From a bacterium (GTDB taxonomy: Bacteria; UBP7; UBA6624): a stretch of DNA of 5,182 nucleotides. The first letter of the stretch is position 1, and each line of letters starts with the position of its first letter. This document shows positions 3,405-5,182 of this stretch, piece after piece. The notes beneath the pieces were generated by a model, which was given only the letters and a program-made list of their open reading frames with translations, was not told the DNA's origin and made no database searches. Position numbers and translations under genes: made by a program. The DNA lies in NCBI GenBank assembly GCA_002716355.1, contig PBAU01000006.1, forward strand, positions 33,678-38,859. The letters are read 5' to 3'.

Positions 3405-5182
3405 TTAGTTTTGACTATTAATCAACCTCACTGTAATCAAGAACAGTACTTCTTGATCTGTTGTATTTGTATCAGTTTTAGTAAATAATTTTCCTAAGAT
3501 TGGAACATCACCAAGCCAAGGGAATTTGTTAATTGAAGTAGCAACATTCTCTCTTGAAAGACCACCTAGAACCAACGTCTCTCCATCTTTCAAAACAACA
3601 AGAGTTTGAACTGAGTTATTTGCAGTAGCAGGAACACTGCTGCCTGATTGTCCTGGAACAGTTATAAAACCTGTTATTTCAGAAAATGATGGTGACAAGA
3701 GTAATGTAACCCTCCCTTCATCATCAATGTTAGGAGTCAATTGCAACTGGACACCTGTATCAACCGTGTTAACGTCTGTATTTTCAGTAACCGTAGTTCC
3801 ACCATTTCCATCAGGAATAAAAACAGTTGAGGTTGTTATGAAAGGAGTTGATTGCTGAATGTTTACAAAACAAGGAATACCATCAGAACAGACAACTCTA
3901 GGAGTTGAAAGGACCCTTCCTTGATTTTTATTCAAAGCTGCAGAAAGAGCGGCAGTGTAATCTTCTAAGTTGGTGCCATTGTTTCTTCCCAATATCGCTA
4001 AAGATACTGAAGTTCCAAATGTTAGCTGGAAACGATCCCAAACAGCTTGATTTTGAGATGGATCACTAGATAAACCGAAACTCTTTGTTATACCGTGATC
4101 AAGAGTAAACATTTGAACCTGAATATCAACCTGCCTTGGAGGTTTATCTAATTTTCGAATCATATCTTCAATAGTTTCAATAAGTTCAGGTGTACCTCTA
4201 AGGATAAGCTTGTTACCTTTAGCAGGGAATATAGTTTGGCCAGCACCGCCGCCGCCGCCTAAGCCGCCGCCGCCGCCGAAGCCGCCGCCTCCACCGCCAA
4301 GACCGCCGCCGCCGCCTAAGCCGCCGCCTCCTCCACCACCGCCTGGCAAACCACCAAACTGAGTTGGAGAATAGTCAGGTAATGTTGAAGAAAAACCGCC
4401 GAAGCCGCCGCCGCCGAAGCCGCTACCGCCGCCGCCGAAGCCGCTACCGCCGCCGCCGAAGCCGCCGCCTCCACCCATATTTCCTCCTCCCATTGGACCC
4501 ATGTAATAAGCAAAAGCGCCTGGAGCCATGTCTAACTGACCTAATATTGAAAACAATAATGTTGGATTAGCATAATCAATTTGGATAATCTTTATAACAT
4601 CTAAACCGTACTTGGTTTCTATCTCAGTTCTGTCACCAATAATAACAATCGGAACACCTGCATCACTATTTCTAACCCTGTACTCAAGGCCAGCACTTCT
4701 TACGATAGTGTCCAACGCGGTATCAAAATCAACAGGTGGCAAAGAAAGACTAATTGTTGTACCAAGAGCACCTGTAAGAGCAGTCTGGTCAAAAATTACA
4801 CCAACACCCGCTTGTAAAGCCAAGTTTCTCAAAACATCTTGGATAGGACCGGTGTAATCAATATTAACCTTTATTGGACTTATCTTGTAATCATCCTGAT
4901 CTGGTTCAGGTAATGAAAAATCTTCCCAATCTTCATCAAGTTCAATTTCATCTTCTTCAATAAGCTCATCTTCTGTTGCTTCCTCTTCTTCCAAAAGAGC
5001 CTCTTCCTCAGCAGCTATTCGAGCAGCTTCCTCTTCAGCAGCGATCCTTGCAGCTTCCTCTTCAGCAGCGATCCTTGCAGCTTCCTCTTCAGCAGCGATC
5101 CTTGCAGCCTCTTCCTCAGCAGCTATTCGAGCAGCCTCTTCCTCAGCAGCGATCCTTGCAGCCTCTTCCTCAGCAGCTATTC
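3405..5182 (-). CDS. pilQ: PilQ-like outer-membrane secretin, 5'-partial. The ORF-track start at 4994 is an in-frame TTG (Leu), and the frame stays open to the window edge.
   Basis: The C-terminal about 240 aa (roughly 3420..4133) form an unmistakable secretin core: RVLSTPRVV...VQLQLTPNIDDEGRVTLLLSP..ETLVLGGL....INKFPWLGDVPILGKLF....TDQEVLFLITVRLIN. Upstream is an N0/STN-like domain (about 4620..4883): IKVNIDYTGPIQDVLRNLALQAGVGVIFDQ...ISLSLPPVDFDTALDTIVRSAGLEY. A Secretin_N-type domain follows (VIKIIQIDYANPTLLFSILGQL ... NKLILRGTPELIETIEDMIRKLDKPPRQVDIQVQMF) and is split by a Gly-rich insertion. The called N-terminus MEEEEATEDE has no signal peptide, which a secretin needs. The same frame reads through 4995..5182 with no stop. 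Confidence 0.9.
   Translation of the reverse strand, partial: IAAEEEAARIAAEEEAARIAAEEEAARIAAEEEAARIAAEEEAARIAAEEEAARIAAEEEALLEEEEATEDELIEEDEIELDEDWEDFSLPEPDQDDYKISPIKVNIDYTGPIQDVLRNLALQAGVGVIFDQTALTGALGTTISLSLPPVDFDTALDTIVRSAGLEYRVRNSDAGVPIVIIGDRTEIETKYGLDVIKIIQIDYANPTLLFSILGQLDMAPGAFAYYMGPMGGGNMGGGGGFGGGGSGFGGGGSGFGGGGFGGFSSTLPDYSPTQFGGLPGGGGGGGGLGGGGGLGGGGGGFGGGGGLGGGGGAGQTIFPAKGNKLILRGTPELIETIEDMIRKLDKPPRQVDIQVQMFTLDHGITKSFGLSSDPSQNQAVWDRFQLTFGTSVSLAILGRNNGTNLEDYTAALSAALNKNQGRVLSTPRVVCSDGIPCFVNIQQSTPFITTSTVFIPDGNGGTTVTENTDVNTVDTGVQLQLTPNIDDEGRVTLLLSPSFSEITGFITVPGQSGSSVPATANNSVQTLVVLKDGETLVLGGLSRENVATSINKFPWLGDVPILGKLFTKTDTNTTDQEVLFLITVRLINSQN
4239..4499 (-). repeat. GC-rich (GGC)n-type coding low-complexity tract encoding an 87-aa Gly/Phe/Leu-rich segment of the secretin
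   Basis: It encodes GPMGGGNMGGGGGFGGGGSGFGGGGSGFGGGGFGGF-SSTLPDYSPTQF-GGLPGGGGGGGGLGGGGGLGGGGGGFGGGGGLGGGGGAG. By my count 57 of 87 residues are Gly. It contains a perfect 21-nt direct duplication, gaagccgctaccgccgccgcc, at 4416..4436 and 4437..4457. Confidence 0.9.
4999..5182 (-). repeat. 27-bp tandem repeat, 6 full units plus one partial, cut by the window edge. It is in frame and encodes the nonapeptide AARIAAEEE.
   Basis: Units lie at 4999-5025, 5026-5052, 5053-5079, 5080-5106, 5107-5133 and 5134-5160, with a partial unit at 5161-5182. There are two main sequence types, gcctcttcctcagcagctattcgagca and gcttcctcttcagcagcgatccttgca, plus one chimeric unit. The period is a multiple of 3 and every unit translates to the same peptide. 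Confidence 0.9.

Noticed and set aside
468-3488. Plus-strand ORFs 468..653, 681..992, 2172..2501, 2775..2960 and 3234..3488 (also 4612..4857)
   Set aside because: All lie antisense within well-supported minus-strand genes. They are short, their composition is Phe/Leu/Ser/Ile-rich and low complexity, as expected for the reverse complement of Lys/Glu/Asp-rich coding sequence, and several use non-ATG starts. They are shadow ORFs.
4316-4570. Two ORFs over the GC-rich tract: 4316..4513 (-), poly-Ala/Ser/Val, and 4364..4570 (+), Arg/Ser-rich RRSRRRR
   Set aside because: These are alternative-frame and antisense readings of the (GGC)n Gly-coding repeat inside the secretin gene. Any frame of GCC/GGC repeats is stop-free. 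They have no RBS and no independent support.
4992-4994. The TTG at 4994 as the true start of a 529-aa secretin, as in the ORF track
   Set aside because: The frame is open upstream to the window edge through a repeat whose variants are all synonymous. The resulting N-terminus (MEEEEATEDE...) also lacks the signal peptide that an outer-membrane secretin requires. It is treated as an internal Leu codon of a 5'-truncated gene.
4999-5182. The 27-bp direct repeats as a CRISPR array or non-coding minisatellite
   Set aside because: The units are directly adjacent with no spacers, the period is a multiple of 3, the array is in frame with the secretin, and all inter-unit differences are synonymous. 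This is a coding tandem repeat.

Overview
The window is AT-rich and entirely filled by one tightly packed minus-strand operon fragment. It encodes the envelope-spanning part of a type IV pilus (T4aP)-like machine. The order 5'->3' on the minus strand is: PilQ-like secretin (its 5' end runs off the right edge), PilM-like actin-fold protein, PilN-like protein (carries the N-terminal NLLP motif), PilO-like protein, then a small single-pass membrane protein that runs off the left edge. Junctions are 4 nt, 3 nt and a TAATG overlap, followed by a 51-nt AT-rich spacer. No RNA genes, mobile elements or CRISPR arrays are visible, and all plus-strand ORFs look like antisense shadows. The machine itself is a known type, so the interest lies in its decorations. 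(1) The secretin frame stays open past the called TTG start into a 27-bp tandem array encoding (AARIAAEEE)n, and the unit variants differ only synonymously. (2) An 87-residue Gly/Phe-rich low-complexity insertion, built from GGC-rich codons in an otherwise AT-rich gene, splits the secretin N-domain. (3) The PilN-like and PilO-like proteins both end in Gly-rich tails. (4) The PilM-like protein has a Lys-rich, histone-H1-like N-terminal extension and an acidic insertion. (5) The secretin-first gene order is non-canonical and no PilP-like lipoprotein is recognisable. All family assignments come from motif recognition by eye, because no searches could be run.
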